From the NCBI RefSeq assembly GCF_028641065.1, contig NC_073406.1, positions 5,518,001 to 5,582,000 on the forward strand: DNA of 64,000 nt. The letters run 5' to 3'. This DNA is from Leucoraja erinacea (Eukaryota). The notes beneath the pieces are model-generated. The model had not been told where the DNA came from. It saw only the letters and a list, made by a program, of their open reading frames with translations, and ran no database searches. Below, piece by piece: positions 50,571 through 61,467 of the stretch (position 1 is its first letter; every line of letters begins with the position of its first letter). Made by a program: the position numbers and the translations under genes.

Positions 50571-51586
50571 CTGGACACAAATAGATATTTGTAGCTGTCA
50601 GAGGGATGATTAAAAAATACAGCATGGAGTCATGAGTGGGCGGAGTATCCACTCCAACAAAATGTTGGGAGAATCTCAGCGGGTCATGCAACATCTCTGG
50701 AGAACATGGATGGGTGGAAGCTGCAGTTCCTCATTTCTACATTTTGAGAGAAAGGTCTTTGTTGTCGCAAATATCTTATAGACCATCCTCTGCGGCTCAC
50801 ACACGCACACTTGCTTCCTACAAAATTGCTGACATTTGAGGAAGGGAATGGAATTTGCTGGAATATATTTGAGCGGTAAGAAATACATTCTGCAAAATCA
50901 TATGAATGAGCTTCATTGTAACGAAAGAAAGTCTGGTAATTCTCAAGACAAGTGGATGGATTCCAAAACCACGTGAACATCCAGCACCCCATGCTTTGCT
51001 AGTCACACGTACATTATGAAGGTTAATGCATTGTATCTTAAGTTCTGTATATAAAGCGGAACCTTTCATTATGAGATAATGTGGTTGATCGTGAAGAAAG
51101 TGGTGCAGTTTTGATGTGAATAGTTAAGTCTGATGGTGAGAAAAAGTGAAGAACTATGATCTACAAGCATTACTGGATATTTTGACGGTTGGGAAACATT
51201 ACTTAAATACACATGTTTTTACTGACGATTCAGTCATTTGCTTGTTTTTAGCAGTTGAAACCTTGGTGATTTCATTCTGCCTGCCACTCAAGGCAAGGAT
51301 AACTTGTAAACAAGGAATAAAACTTACACCTGAGATCATACAGTGCAGAAACAGGCCCTTCAGCCCACTATGTATATGCTGAGCATGTAGTATTCCCATT
51401 TACTAGCAATGTAGCCTAACATATTTTTTAAAAAGGTACAGAAACCACAAAATGTTTTAAAGGTGAGATTTATTTTCTTGACTTCCCCTTGTGAAATAAT
51501 GTCTTTGGGGCATATTATTTTTTTCAAAAAACTTTATGAAGGTGGTTATATTGTGATTATCCTTATATCCCCTCTGTCTTGCACAG

Positions 51587-51789
51587 TGGAGAGACGCAGC
51601 AAACGCTGGCCAATGCCAGCTGATGGCCAAAGCTCCGAATGCAGTCAGCAAATCTTGTTCTGTTCACCTGAGGATGTCGGCCACACTGCAGCCACTTGGG
51701 ACGAAAATTTACAGACATATGTGGAAACAACGCAAGCATTTACAACATGAGGATGTACAGTTCCTGCGTTTGGCAAGTTTTCATGGCAG
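51587..51789 (+). CDS. C1orf167-like exon
   Basis: gcacag acceptor; WRDAANAG...FLRLASFHG; AG/gtaaga donor; phase 0 to 2. Confidence 0.8.
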
Positions 51790-53077
51790 GTAAGAGTGGA
51801 CGGTGGTATTACAGCAGTTTGTCAGGAGTTCTTTATTCTTAGAGATGCTATTGCGGCAGAGTTTGGAACCAAACCTGGTACCTGCTTGCTGTGGAGCTCA
51901 GTCCCACATCAGACAGACCACGCACCCGTAGGGATATTATGATATTCTCTATTCTCACCTGGGATGTATTTTGCATTTGACCTTTGCAGCTGGTGTGAAA
52001 TCATCAAACTGCAAGATTTTCAAGTTAAAAATACATATATATAGTGTAAAGAGATGATGTAGGTTTGAAGCTGAAGTGTGAATATAGCCAGAGGAAATGA
52101 ATTATGTATATAGCGTAGAGCCAGCTGGTGCAGCTTGATAGAGGATCGGCCTTCTCTCTCACTTAGAGTAACTGTGGCAGTAATCAATTCTGAGCTGAAG
52201 ATAAACTGCTTTAAAGTGGGACCCCCGACAGGGATCTGAGTTCTTTGCCGAGAAATTCAATCACATTTTGTTGCTTTTTTTTATGAGTGTTCAGCAATTG
52301 ATTTTTTTTCTGGAATGAAATGCAATAACAAGTACCATGTCCCAGGATGTTTTGAATCTTTAAAAAATTTTGAAAAGATCTTTTCTGACATAAGTTATCC
52401 TTGTGCACTCAATGCAATTTTTACAAGGGATAATATCGTTCCCTTTCAGGCTTTTGCTGATGAATTTGACCAGCGACAGTTGTAAGCCATTCCAGTGATA
52501 AGTTGCTTTTCACAGAGCAAGGTTGGATAAGGATCACTGTATTTTCATAATTTGTCTTTCATCCTCCTGACCCCAACCCCCATCCGCCACCAACCCACCA
52601 TTTCCTGAGGTCCATCCTACCCCCGCGAGACAAAGACATTAACCTCTGCCTTGGAACTCATCACCTGAGGCCCCTCTGATCTTCCAAAATCCAACACCGG
52701 TACTTGAATTTAATTGACCGGACTGTCCTTTTCCAGAGTAAATCAGAGGTAGAACCCAGGATATAGTCTGAAGAAAGGACCCGACCTGAAAAGTCACTTG
52801 TCCATTCTCTCCCCAGATGCAGCCTGACCCGCTGGGTTCCTCCAGCACTTTGTGTTTTGCTCAAGATTCATAGTCTTGTGTCGTCATCCAACATGTACTC
52901 AGGTGACCCACTAAAACCACAGATGACCACAAACGTGGTAGCTGCCACATACTGGGATGTTAAAATTATGAATATTTATAAATTGGCACAGATTCATAAC
53001 CTGCTAGTTTTGAAGTGTCAGTGATTTCCGGGATGTCAGTTTGACGTTATATTTCTTCAATATTCTCCTTTTTCCAG

Positions 53078-53161
53078 AAAGGCATTATGCACTTTCCACC
53101 TTGAGACTGAGAGAGCTGTCACTGAATATCCATGGCAAGTGAGACAGGAGGGCACAAGCAG
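53078..53161 (+). CDS. C1orf167-like exon
   Basis: tttttccag acceptor; KALCTFHLETERAVTEYPWQVRQEGTS; AG/gtgaga donor; 84 nt, phase 2 to 2. Confidence 0.65.
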
Positions 53162-54067
53162 GTGAGATTAGTATCCTTTATGCGGAATGATACGTGATGA
53201 AGTTTTAAAGAGTTGTTTCGTTTTGAGAGTGCAGTTTTTCCTCATCCCTGGCCACTGATGGATAGCTTCAACTGGAAACTAACAGCATGTCAAAGAAAGT
53301 TATGCCTTGTGGTGGGGAAGAGACAGTTGTGTGCAAAGGTAATGCGTGGCATCTTCACAGCAAGAAACCACAAGTAATTTTCCACTGCTCATTGGAGACT
53401 GCTGTGGACAGCTGCAACTCCAAATGTTCGAACTTAGAAAGGGAGAGCGGAACAAGATGAGATGATCCCCATTTATTTTTATACATCAATGCAGTGAGGT
53501 ATAACACAATAATTATTTATTGTATTCACATAAGTCCTAGTTTTATTCCTTGCATATTTTCCTCTCCACTTTGCTCCTCTTTTTCCACACAGTACCTATC
53601 AAATATTTAACCAAATCCCATGGGATAGTTATTGATTCTGTTTCCATCTCCTTTGCTGACACAACATCCCAGATCAAGGCTACTCCTTTTGTAGTTATAA
53701 CCTTTGTGGTCTCTGAATCGTATGTAGTCATTACAAATCTGCCTGTGGAAACAGCTTGTCTTTACTTACCATTTCAACACCGTTCAGCACAGACAAACCC
53801 ATCAAAGCTGGTTGACATAAGGAATTCTACAACTGGCCGCAGCTGCTCTGGTTGATTGCCTATGGAAGGTCCACTCGTGTGACTCTCATTTAGGACAAAC
53901 GTAGGCAAGGTTGGTATTTCAATGCTCAGTCCAGGCTCACCTGAAGAAGGCCATTGAGGGAACTGTCAGAAGGGAACCATCACAGAAGGAATCAAACTCA
54001 GTGCTCCCAGGAATGTGGGAGGGTTGACTATAAAGAAAAAGATTCCAAACCTTCTTTGAACATTGTC

Positions 54068-54156
54068 TGAAGAAGGGTTTCAGCCCGAAACGTTGCCTAT
54101 TTCCTTTGCTCCATAGATGCTGCTGCACCCGCTGAGTTCCTCCAGCATTTTTGTGT
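54068..54156 (+). mobile_element. Solo PLE terminal-repeat insertion with hammerhead-like core and 19-bp flanking duplication
   Basis: accttctttgaacattgtc at 54049-54067 and 54157-54175; CTGAAGA-A-GGGTTTCAGCCC-GAAACGTT at 54067-54094. Confidence 0.8.
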
Positions 54157-54445
54157 ACCTTCTTTGAACATTGTCCCTTGCAACAGAAATGCTGAGAGCT
54201 TGCGAAGTCCTGTAGAAGTAGCCATCGGCATTTAGTGGTTCCTCTTGCTGTGAGTGATTGGCCCTTGCTATGAATTGTGATGCACAGTTTGAAGCAAGGC
54301 TGTCCATGTTTACAATAATTACCTGATCATGCAATACCCTGCAGCACCAAAGAGCTAAATCATTTTTCATCATCATTTACTAATGAAATTGCTATTTGTG
54401 TATTTCCACAGCTCTGACCTATGTTTTATGCGTTTCTTTTCCTAG

Positions 54446-54636
54446 TGATTGTTTTGAGGCACAGACATGGTTTCTTGCACACAATATTATCTTCCAACGT
54501 GTCAGGATTCATTCTGGCAATGTGGAGAGTTGCCTCCTGCATTGGCACACATTATTGAATGTAAAATGGGGAAAGAAAATGGCTTTGCTGCATCTATTCC
54601 AATGGTGTCATGTACAGACACAGCAACAAACTGCAG
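54446..54636 (+). CDS. C1orf167-like exon
   Basis: ttttcctag acceptor; DCFEAQTWF...CLLHWH...LFQWCHVQTQQQTA; G/gtttga donor; phase 2 to 1. Confidence 0.7.
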
Positions 54637-55082
54637 GTTTGAGCATGAGAATGTTATACTCTTTTGATGTATCAAATATATTGACTTGCTCAGTCAATTT
54701 CAGTTAGAGCTTAAGAGAAAAGTTTCAAAAAAGTGTATTCCTTCAAAGCACTTGACAGCTATTTTGCTATTTTGTAAATGTAGCCATATATAGGATACAT
54801 GGCAGCCAAATTTCATACAACAGTCAGAAATACATGCGTGTCTTAAGTTGATCAATGGTCAGCGTGGACTCGGTGGGCCGAAGGGCCAGTTTCTTTCACT
54901 GGTTCAATGTCCAGGTAATTTGTTTTAGTGATAATGGTTAACTGGTATGTATTGGGCAGGTTTTTCTTTTCATCTTTATAAACTATACATTTACTGAACA
55001 TTTCCATTAAATATAAAGGAAAGATTGAAATGGCCCAAGCTCTTTTTTGCAGATGACTTGGTAGCCATCATTTTAGATTATG

Positions 55083-55288
55083 TGTAAGAAGGAACTGCAG
55101 ATGCTGGTTTGTACCGAAGATAAACACAAAAAGCTGGAGTAACTCAGCAGGTTAGGCAGCATCTCTGGAGAGAAGGAATGGGTGATGTTTCGGGTCGAGA
55201 CCCTTCTTCTGTCTGACCCAAAACATCACCCATTCCTTCTCTCCAGTGATGCTGCCTGTTCCGCTGACTTACTCCAACTTTTGTGTCT
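55083..55288. mobile_element. Fold-back PLE-terminus-derived element with 13-bp TSD
   Basis: attttagattatg at 55070-55082 and 55289-55301; inverted arms. Confidence 0.8.
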
Positions 55289-55811
55289 ATTTTAGATTAT
55301 GAAATGGCTTCATGAGGAGAATATACAAATGATGGTCCACTTTGTTGGAGGATGCTAAAGTAGGGGTGGTATAAATTGTTCACCAATAATTAAGGAATTC
55401 AAGGGAAACTACTACCCTGTATATATGGTGAAAGATTGAGATGTGGAACTCAGCAGTGTGGTGCAGCTGGGAGGAAAGGAATTTAAGGGAATGTCTGTTG
55501 AGTACATGAGAGAGATGGAAATTGATGGAGTTTGGAGAAAGACTGAAACACAAAATAAACCACTTGGGTTTAATTGCCTGCTGTTGTGGTGTAAATCCTA
55601 TATAATTCAATAGATAAATCTTGAGTGTATTAAGAATGGATTGAACCTGTATGTTATACTCTTGGTTTGTCTTTATCAAAATTATATGATGCCAACAAAC
55701 CAATTCAGCCACACCTGTCTCAGGGTCTGTGGTCTTGCTGGTCCTGCAGAGAATCTGATGGATGATTAGAAATCAAATAGAAGTTGCTGAGTCCAACTGT
55801 CTTTTCAACAT

Positions 55812-56039
55812 ATGTAGGAAGGCACTGCAGATGCTGGTTTACATCGAAGATAGACACAAAATGCTATAGCAAATCAGCGGGTCAGACAGTATTTCTGGAG
55901 AGAAGGAATGGGTGATGTTTTGGGTCGAGACCCTTCTTCAGACAAGACAGTCTGAAGAATGTTCTTGACCCGAAAAGTCATCCATTCCTTCTCAACTGAG
56001 GTGCCACCTATCCTGCTGAGTTACTCCAGCATTTTGTGC
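55812..56039. mobile_element. Fold-back PLE-terminus-derived element with 15-bp TSD
   Basis: ctgtcttttcaacat at 55797-55811 and 56040-56054; central ttcttcagac...gtctgaagaa inversion. Confidence 0.8.
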
Positions 56040-56316
56040 CTGTCTTTTCAACATGTCTGGCTGACTGGTACCCTCTGCTGCTTTTTGCCAGGTACTGCAG
56101 TAGTTCATCCGAGCCTTTATTTTTAAAGAAGTAATTTTAATAATTTAGTTGAGTACCCTGAAGCTTTTTGATAGATTGTCCATTGCACTGGGGCAGAAAC
56201 CTGATATCTTACAATGGAATTCAGAGAGTGGTTCTCCTTTTTTGCTCCCTATCACTCCCCATACCACTTCTTCCAGCTTTTGCCATTCCTCTCCTAATCT
56301 TCCCCCTCTCACGAGG

Positions 56317-57250
56317 AAGATACAAGATACAAGATACAAGATACATTTAATTGTCATTTGGACCCCTTGAGGTCCAAACGAAATGCCGTTTCTGCAGCCA
56401 TACATTACAAACAAATAGACCCAAGACACAACATAATTTACATAAACATCCATCACATCGCTGTGATGGAAGGCCAAATAAGAAGGGTTTCGGCCCGAAA
56501 CGTTGCCTATTTCCTTCGCTCCATAGATGCTGCTGCACCCGCTGAGTTTCTCCAGCTTTTTTGTGTAACCAAACTTATCTCTCCACTGCACTCTCCCCCC
56601 CCCCCCCCCCCCATGTCAGAGTCAAAGTCAAAGCTCCCGGCTGGCGATGGCGATTGTCCCGCGGCCATTAAAGCCACGCCGGGTGGTGCGAGGTCGCACA
56701 CCGGGTCTTGGTGTTAGAGCCCCCGGCGTGTGCTCGCAGAGTCCCGCGGCCATTCCAAGCCGCGCGGGGCAGTGATGTAGGCCCCGCTCCAGGAGCTCTT
56801 CAACCCCGCAACTCGGGCGGGGGAAGTCGCCGTTGCGAGAGCCCTGAAAAGCGGTCTCCCTCCAGGGACCCGCGGGCTCCCAGTGCCACCGTCCGCCAGA
56901 CCCGCAGTTGCAGCCTCCGAGGCAGCAGCAGCAGCAGCAGCAGCAGCGCTCCTCCACCGCTCCACCCGCTCCGGACTCGGCCAGCCCCGCGACGGTGACG
57001 GTGAGTCGTAGCACCAGAGTCCCTGGTCTCTTCCTGTTGGAGGCCGCTCCTCGTTGCGGCCCCAACGACAACGGAAACCCGACGAGAAAAGGTCGGGTCT
57101 CCCGTGCAGGGAGAGATTTAAAAAGTTTCCCCCCCCCCTCCCACCCCAGCAAAAAATAACAAAAACTACATAAAAACACAGACAGAAAATAATAAAACGC
57201 GGACAGACTGCAGAGGCCTCTGCTGACCAGAGTCGCGCCGCCCACCGGAA
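56317..57250 (-). mobile_element. Young GC/CpG-rich non-autonomous retroelement with LINE-type tail, carrying a nested PLE terminal repeat (about 56480-56550)
   Basis: (aagatac)n tail plus tttaattgtcattt...aacgaaatg LINE-type 3' end; intact CpGs; internal (CAG)n at about 56922-56947; sharp compositional boundaries. Confidence 0.65.
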
Positions 57251-57329
57251 AGAAGTGATCTTACACAAATGGAAAATCAGTGCCTTCATTCTTTCTATTG
57301 ACCTGGTGTTTGTTTATTTCCATGCTTAG

Positions 57330-57522
57330 TTCTTAGTTGTCAGAGTAACGGGAAAGATAACGACTGCAACCAAAAGGCAGAATATGCAACCTCAGTTCAA
57401 CTGGTCAGTGTCCAGGCAACTCATCGAGAACTACATTCACCAGCAATTGTTTGCTCTGAGCAGACACATCAGCCACGATTTCAAGACTGGAGAGAGGAGC
57501 TTCACAGACTTCAGCTGGCTAA
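57330..57522 (+). CDS. C1orf167-like exon
   Basis: gcttag acceptor; VLSCQSNGK...FQDWREELHRLQLAK; AA/gtacga donor; phase 1 to 2. Confidence 0.65.
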
Positions 57523-57741
57523 GTACGATCTGAACACTGGAGTAAGTGGTGTGCTGTGGGTAACAGGGTTAAGATTACTTTGGGTTACCTTAATCTTTGC
57601 TGAGAGAAAACAGATACATTCTGGAACATTATCGGGGAAGGTATTGGAATTCAGACAAACAGTGTGATGGTTATCTGAAGGTTATGATCATATTTTGGCA
57701 CTGAATTAATTTTTATTTTTTAAATGTGGTGATTTCTACAG

Positions 57742-57886
57742 GATCCCAACTTGGATCCGATTACAGGGTATTCTGAAACTCTGGCCTGAGGGTCCGTGTC
57801 TGCAAGGATTTAGCAAGTACCTGCCTCTGCAGAACAGCACAATCCCACAGGGTACGGAGGAGTCTGGCTGCAGCACACCTGAACAG
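57742..57886 (+). CDS. C1orf167-like exon
   Basis: ttctacag acceptor; IPTWIRLQGILKLW...CSTPEQ; CAG/gtagat donor; phase 2 to 0. Confidence 0.65.
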
Positions 57887-58206
57887 GTAGATGGAGAATA
57901 CATGCATGAGACCCTGACAGATTGGCCAAGCAACACCTGGACCTCCAAGCTTCCTATGTATAAAACTTACCACCACCTCCATGCAGCTCAGGCTTTTACC
58001 TTTGTTTACCTGTTTGAAAATATTATCCTTTCTAACTGTGCTCTATTTTTCTTTTATATAAAATTTAATAAAGTCTAATCTAATCTAATCTAATCTAATA
58101 GTTTGGGTTTATATCCAGCCAGAGAGCTCTAAAATAAGAAGTAAATTTGAATGTGATGAAGTTCAAACCGATTATTTGTGGCATTCATTTGTAGAGCATT
58201 TTTCAG

Positions 58207-58370
58207 AGTGATGCAAGACCAGCAAACAGAACTGACTTGGATAAAGCAGGAAAATGGCTTCAGTGTAAACTGGAGGAGCGTCTGGTTAAAGAGCATCTGA
58301 TGCTCTGGGCTGCGCGGTTGTGGCAGGTGTGCCAGGTGGATCGGTTTCGCCGACAGTCCCTGCTGACAAG
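58207..58370 (+). CDS. C1orf167-like exon (in-frame alternative acceptor gives start 58195)
   Basis: SDARPANRTDLDKAGKW...HLMLWAARLWQV...SLLT; AG/gtacgt donor; phase 0 to 2. Confidence 0.8.
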
Positions 58371-59371
58371 GTACGTCTGTGTTGGTTCTGTTATTCCACT
58401 GTCTGCCAGCTGCTTCATTGTTTTTTATTGTCATTGTATTTTTCTTCCCCCCTCTCTCCAGAAGCTTTCTACAGTCAGGGAGATTGAAATTCCCTCCACA
58501 TGGATTCAGCCCTCCTCTGGAGGTGCTAGCTCTCACTGGGTTGCAAGCAGTGTCTGCCTCTGACGTATGCATGCCTAGATAGACTATTCATTCACAAGAG
58601 TGTTACATATAACCACTCGTTAGTCTACAATGCAAACTAGAGCACAAAACCTCAGATTTCAGTCTTGTGGCATGAACATCTGATCAATCAATTCTCTAAT
58701 TTTAGGTAATCTGTTCCTCCTCCAGTCCATCTCTCCACCCAGAAACATCCACACTTACCCTTCTGTCCCACAACATTTGCCCCCCTCAACCAGTTTCTTT
58801 CCCACCCACTCATCCCATCATCTCGCCCCCTCCCCCCCCGTTCACATCTGCCCAATCCACCTCCCATATTCCTCATCCAACCCATCTCAGCACCTTAAAC
58901 TTGCTACCTCCTCTCTACTCTTTCAGTCCTGAGGATAGGTCTAGACCCAAAATACAGATACTGCCTGACCTGCTGAGTTCCTCAAGCAGTTTGTTTTCTG
59001 CTCCAAATACCAGCATCTGCAGTTTTTTTATGTTTTCTCTATAAATGTAATCATGCCACAACAGTAGTGAGGGCCACTGGACAACAACACCAAATGTGCC
59101 TCATCTCCCTTTTTGTGTCTCTTCTTTCCTATTTGGCAACCAGAAGAAATAGGGCTCATCACGGTGTCTTACTTTTGCCATGTCTAGAATAAGTTAATGG
59201 CGCAGCAGATGTAGTTTGTGTTCTGTAACGCAGTGGATATGAAAGTGGGATAAGAAAAATGGCGTGAATGGGTGATGGATGCTTGGCGTAGACTTGGTGG
59301 GCCAAAGATCTTTTTTTCCAAGCTCTATCTTTCAAACAATCAATAATTTATGTGTTACTTTTCTCCTGCAG

Positions 59372-59580
59372 AGTATTTCAGAGTTGGAGCAGATGGAGGC
59401 AGACCCGCAAGACATATCGGGAATTGGTTGCTGAGTTTTCTTTTGGCCAACAGTGTCAAGTCGTGCTGACTCTTTGGAAAATACGTTTATTACAAAAACA
59501 GGAAACTGACAGAAGGTGCAGAAAGATGTTGCACCAGAAAATCCAAAAGGCAATGTCCTGTTGGCACAAGTATACAGAGA
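59372..59580 (+). CDS. C1orf167-like exon
   Basis: ctcctgcag acceptor; VFQSWSRWR...LTLWK...MSCWHKYTE; A/gtgagt donor; phase 2 to 1. Confidence 0.87.
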
Positions 59581-59609
59581 GTGAGTGACAGCGCAGGAAG
59601 TTTTAATTG

Positions 59610-59882
59610 ATTGAAAGATGCAGCATGGAAACAAGCCCCTTGACCATCGATTTCCCGTTCACACTAGTTCTATGTTATCCCACTTTTGCATCCACTCCCT
59701 ACACACTAGGGCAATTTACAATGAACCTACAAACCCATACGTCTTTGGGATGTGAGAGGAAACTGGAGGAAATCCATGCAGTCACAAGAAGAACATGCAA
59801 ACTCCACGCCAAGTTCGGGATTGAACCTGGGTCTCTGGCCCTGTGAGGAAGCAGCTCTACCAGCTGCACCACTGTGCTGCCC
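59610..59882 (-). mobile_element. HE1-like V-SINE
   Basis: Reverse strand gggcagcacagtggtgcagctggtagagctgcttcctcacag...gggttcaatcc, then V-domain. Confidence 0.8.
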
Positions 59883-59909
59883 ATGAGACAGAACAGTTAT
59901 TTACAAAAA

Positions 59910-60167
59910 ATGAAATGATTCAATTTATTGTCATTGTCAGTGTACAGTACAGAGACAACGAAATGCATTTTTAGCATCTCCCTTGAAAGGGAGACACAGG
60001 GCGTCGCGGTGTGCCCGCGCCTGCCGCCGTAACATTCCATTACAGGCAAAGGTGGGTGAAGTGTCTTGCCCAAGGACACAACGACAGTATGCACTCCAAG
60101 CGGGATTTGAACCGGCTACCTTCCGGTCGCCAGCCGAACTCTTAGCCCATTGTGCTATCTGTCGTCC
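59910..60167 (-). mobile_element. Young tRNA-derived SINE with CORE-like domain
   Basis: Reverse strand: A box TAGCACAATGG, B box GGTTCAAATCC, CORE-like gtgtccttgggcaagacacttcacc, tail aaatgcatttcgttgtctctgtactgtacactgacaatgacaataaa; CpGs intact. Confidence 0.75.
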
Positions 60168-60588
60168 TCATCAGGGCAGATGATGCATTAAGATCTCCAG
60201 CAGAATAAGAACATTTTCTATCAACTGATGTTGGGCAAGGAGACCAGTATTGCCCAGCTGGACTGGTTTCCAACTCTGGCTTTGCCTGAATAAATTAATT
60301 ACTAGCGGTAGTGTGAAAGTAGAGTGATCATTTGGATATAACTACACAATATTCTGCACCACAAGCATGTTAGGTGTTGTTTACACATCCAGTAAGTCCA
60401 AGCAGTGGACCCATAACCAAAGTGGTTCTTGGTGAGCTGTGCTGCATCAGTATAGTCCACCCTTAATTTCTGGGACAAGTTCTTGCTTATATTTCTATTG
60501 TGCTAGTGATGTGTGCAATCTGTTCAGTAAAACTAATTGCCAGTTCCTCTTGTGATTCATATTCTGCAAATTGTGCTGCCTCTTCCAG

Positions 60589-60733
60589 AAAGAAAGCAGG
60601 TCCAAGGTCTCCAGGCTCGTTTCCTTTCCATCCACGCACTGAGAATAAAGCGTTTGATTCTACGCACCTGGACGCAGAAAGCAGCGAGACGGGGAAATGT
60701 GAAGATAATGGCAGACAAGCTGGTGCAGAGCAG
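60589..60733 (+). CDS. C1orf167-like exon
   Basis: tcttccag acceptor; RKQVQGLQARF...LRTWTQK...KLVQS; AG/gtctga donor gives the phase 2 required by the next exon. Confidence 0.8.
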
Positions 60734-61214
60734 GTCTGACATAGTTATTACTGTGAGTTAGTGTCATTTGTGTGAGTTAGTGATTCTTTGCGTTTCATTC
60801 AATTAGCTCGCCTGCATTACGCAAACAAATGTTATATATCCTGAAATTTAAAAGACCAAGTCTTACTTGAAGATTTTGAAATATTAATTAAAAACTGATG
60901 GTTGGAGAAAAATAAACTTTTTGCTCGTGGAGAATTTGGGACAAAGGCACAAAAACAACTCATTGGAGTCAGGCATGTCATAAGTGAAGACAAGAAATAT
61001 TTCTACATAAACAGTTGAAACTTTCACAGATGGCATTAGGTGCAAGATCAATTGATAATTCAAGATTGAAAGATTGATATATTAAAGGATGCAAAGGTTG
61101 CTGACTGGAATCTGGCAGCATTTAATTCAATGGGCTGAAAGATCCGTTTCTGATTTTGTTCTTAATTCCTCTATCCCCGTGAACTGTTACTGATTCATTG
61201 TTTCCTTGGCACAG

Positions 61215-61467
61215 GTATATACGGGTTTGGCACTCCGCCACACTTCAGAAAAAGAAGATGTGGCAGAAATCGTGGGCATTTCAAACCACACAGAACCTGC
61301 GGGTCCTGCTGGAGTCTTTCAGTAAATGGAGATATCACTTGGTGCTGCAGTGTTCCTCAGAGAATCACAGGAAACTTAGAACAGCACAGAAAGTCATCCG
61401 GTGCTGGAGACAGAGGGCAATACTACACCAAGCTCTGAGACATCGAGATATTGTCCTCACTCAAATA
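61215..61467 (+). CDS. C1orf167-like exon (donor at 61467 or 61471)
   Basis: ggcacag acceptor; YIRVWH...LLESFSKWR...IRCWRQR...LTQI; gtaggt donor. Confidence 0.82.

Larger units (their letters stand above)
40700..61467 (+). other. C1orf167: C1orf167-like gene model (3' incomplete): about 1217 aa from Met 40722 over 12 exons
   Basis: Twelve exons join in one open frame with GT..AG introns; Trp-periodic helical C-terminal half; lies directly downstream of AGTRAP on the same strand as human C1orf167. The name rests mainly on synteny. Confidence 0.72.

Noticed and set aside
56628-57289. Overlapping 190-205 aa ORFs with poly-Cys/Ala/Gln/Ser
   Set aside because: Stop-poor frames from high GC content and a CAG run inside a repeat element; no splice or homology support.
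60090-60167. tRNA gene on the minus strand
   Set aside because: Has A and B boxes but no convincing acceptor stem, and continues into a SINE body and LINE-type tail. The same applies to the V-SINE heads.
60734-60752. Stronger-looking donor ACT/gtgagt for the 60589 exon
   Set aside because: It gives phase 0, whereas the next exon (61215) needs phase 2; the donor at 60733 keeps the frame.
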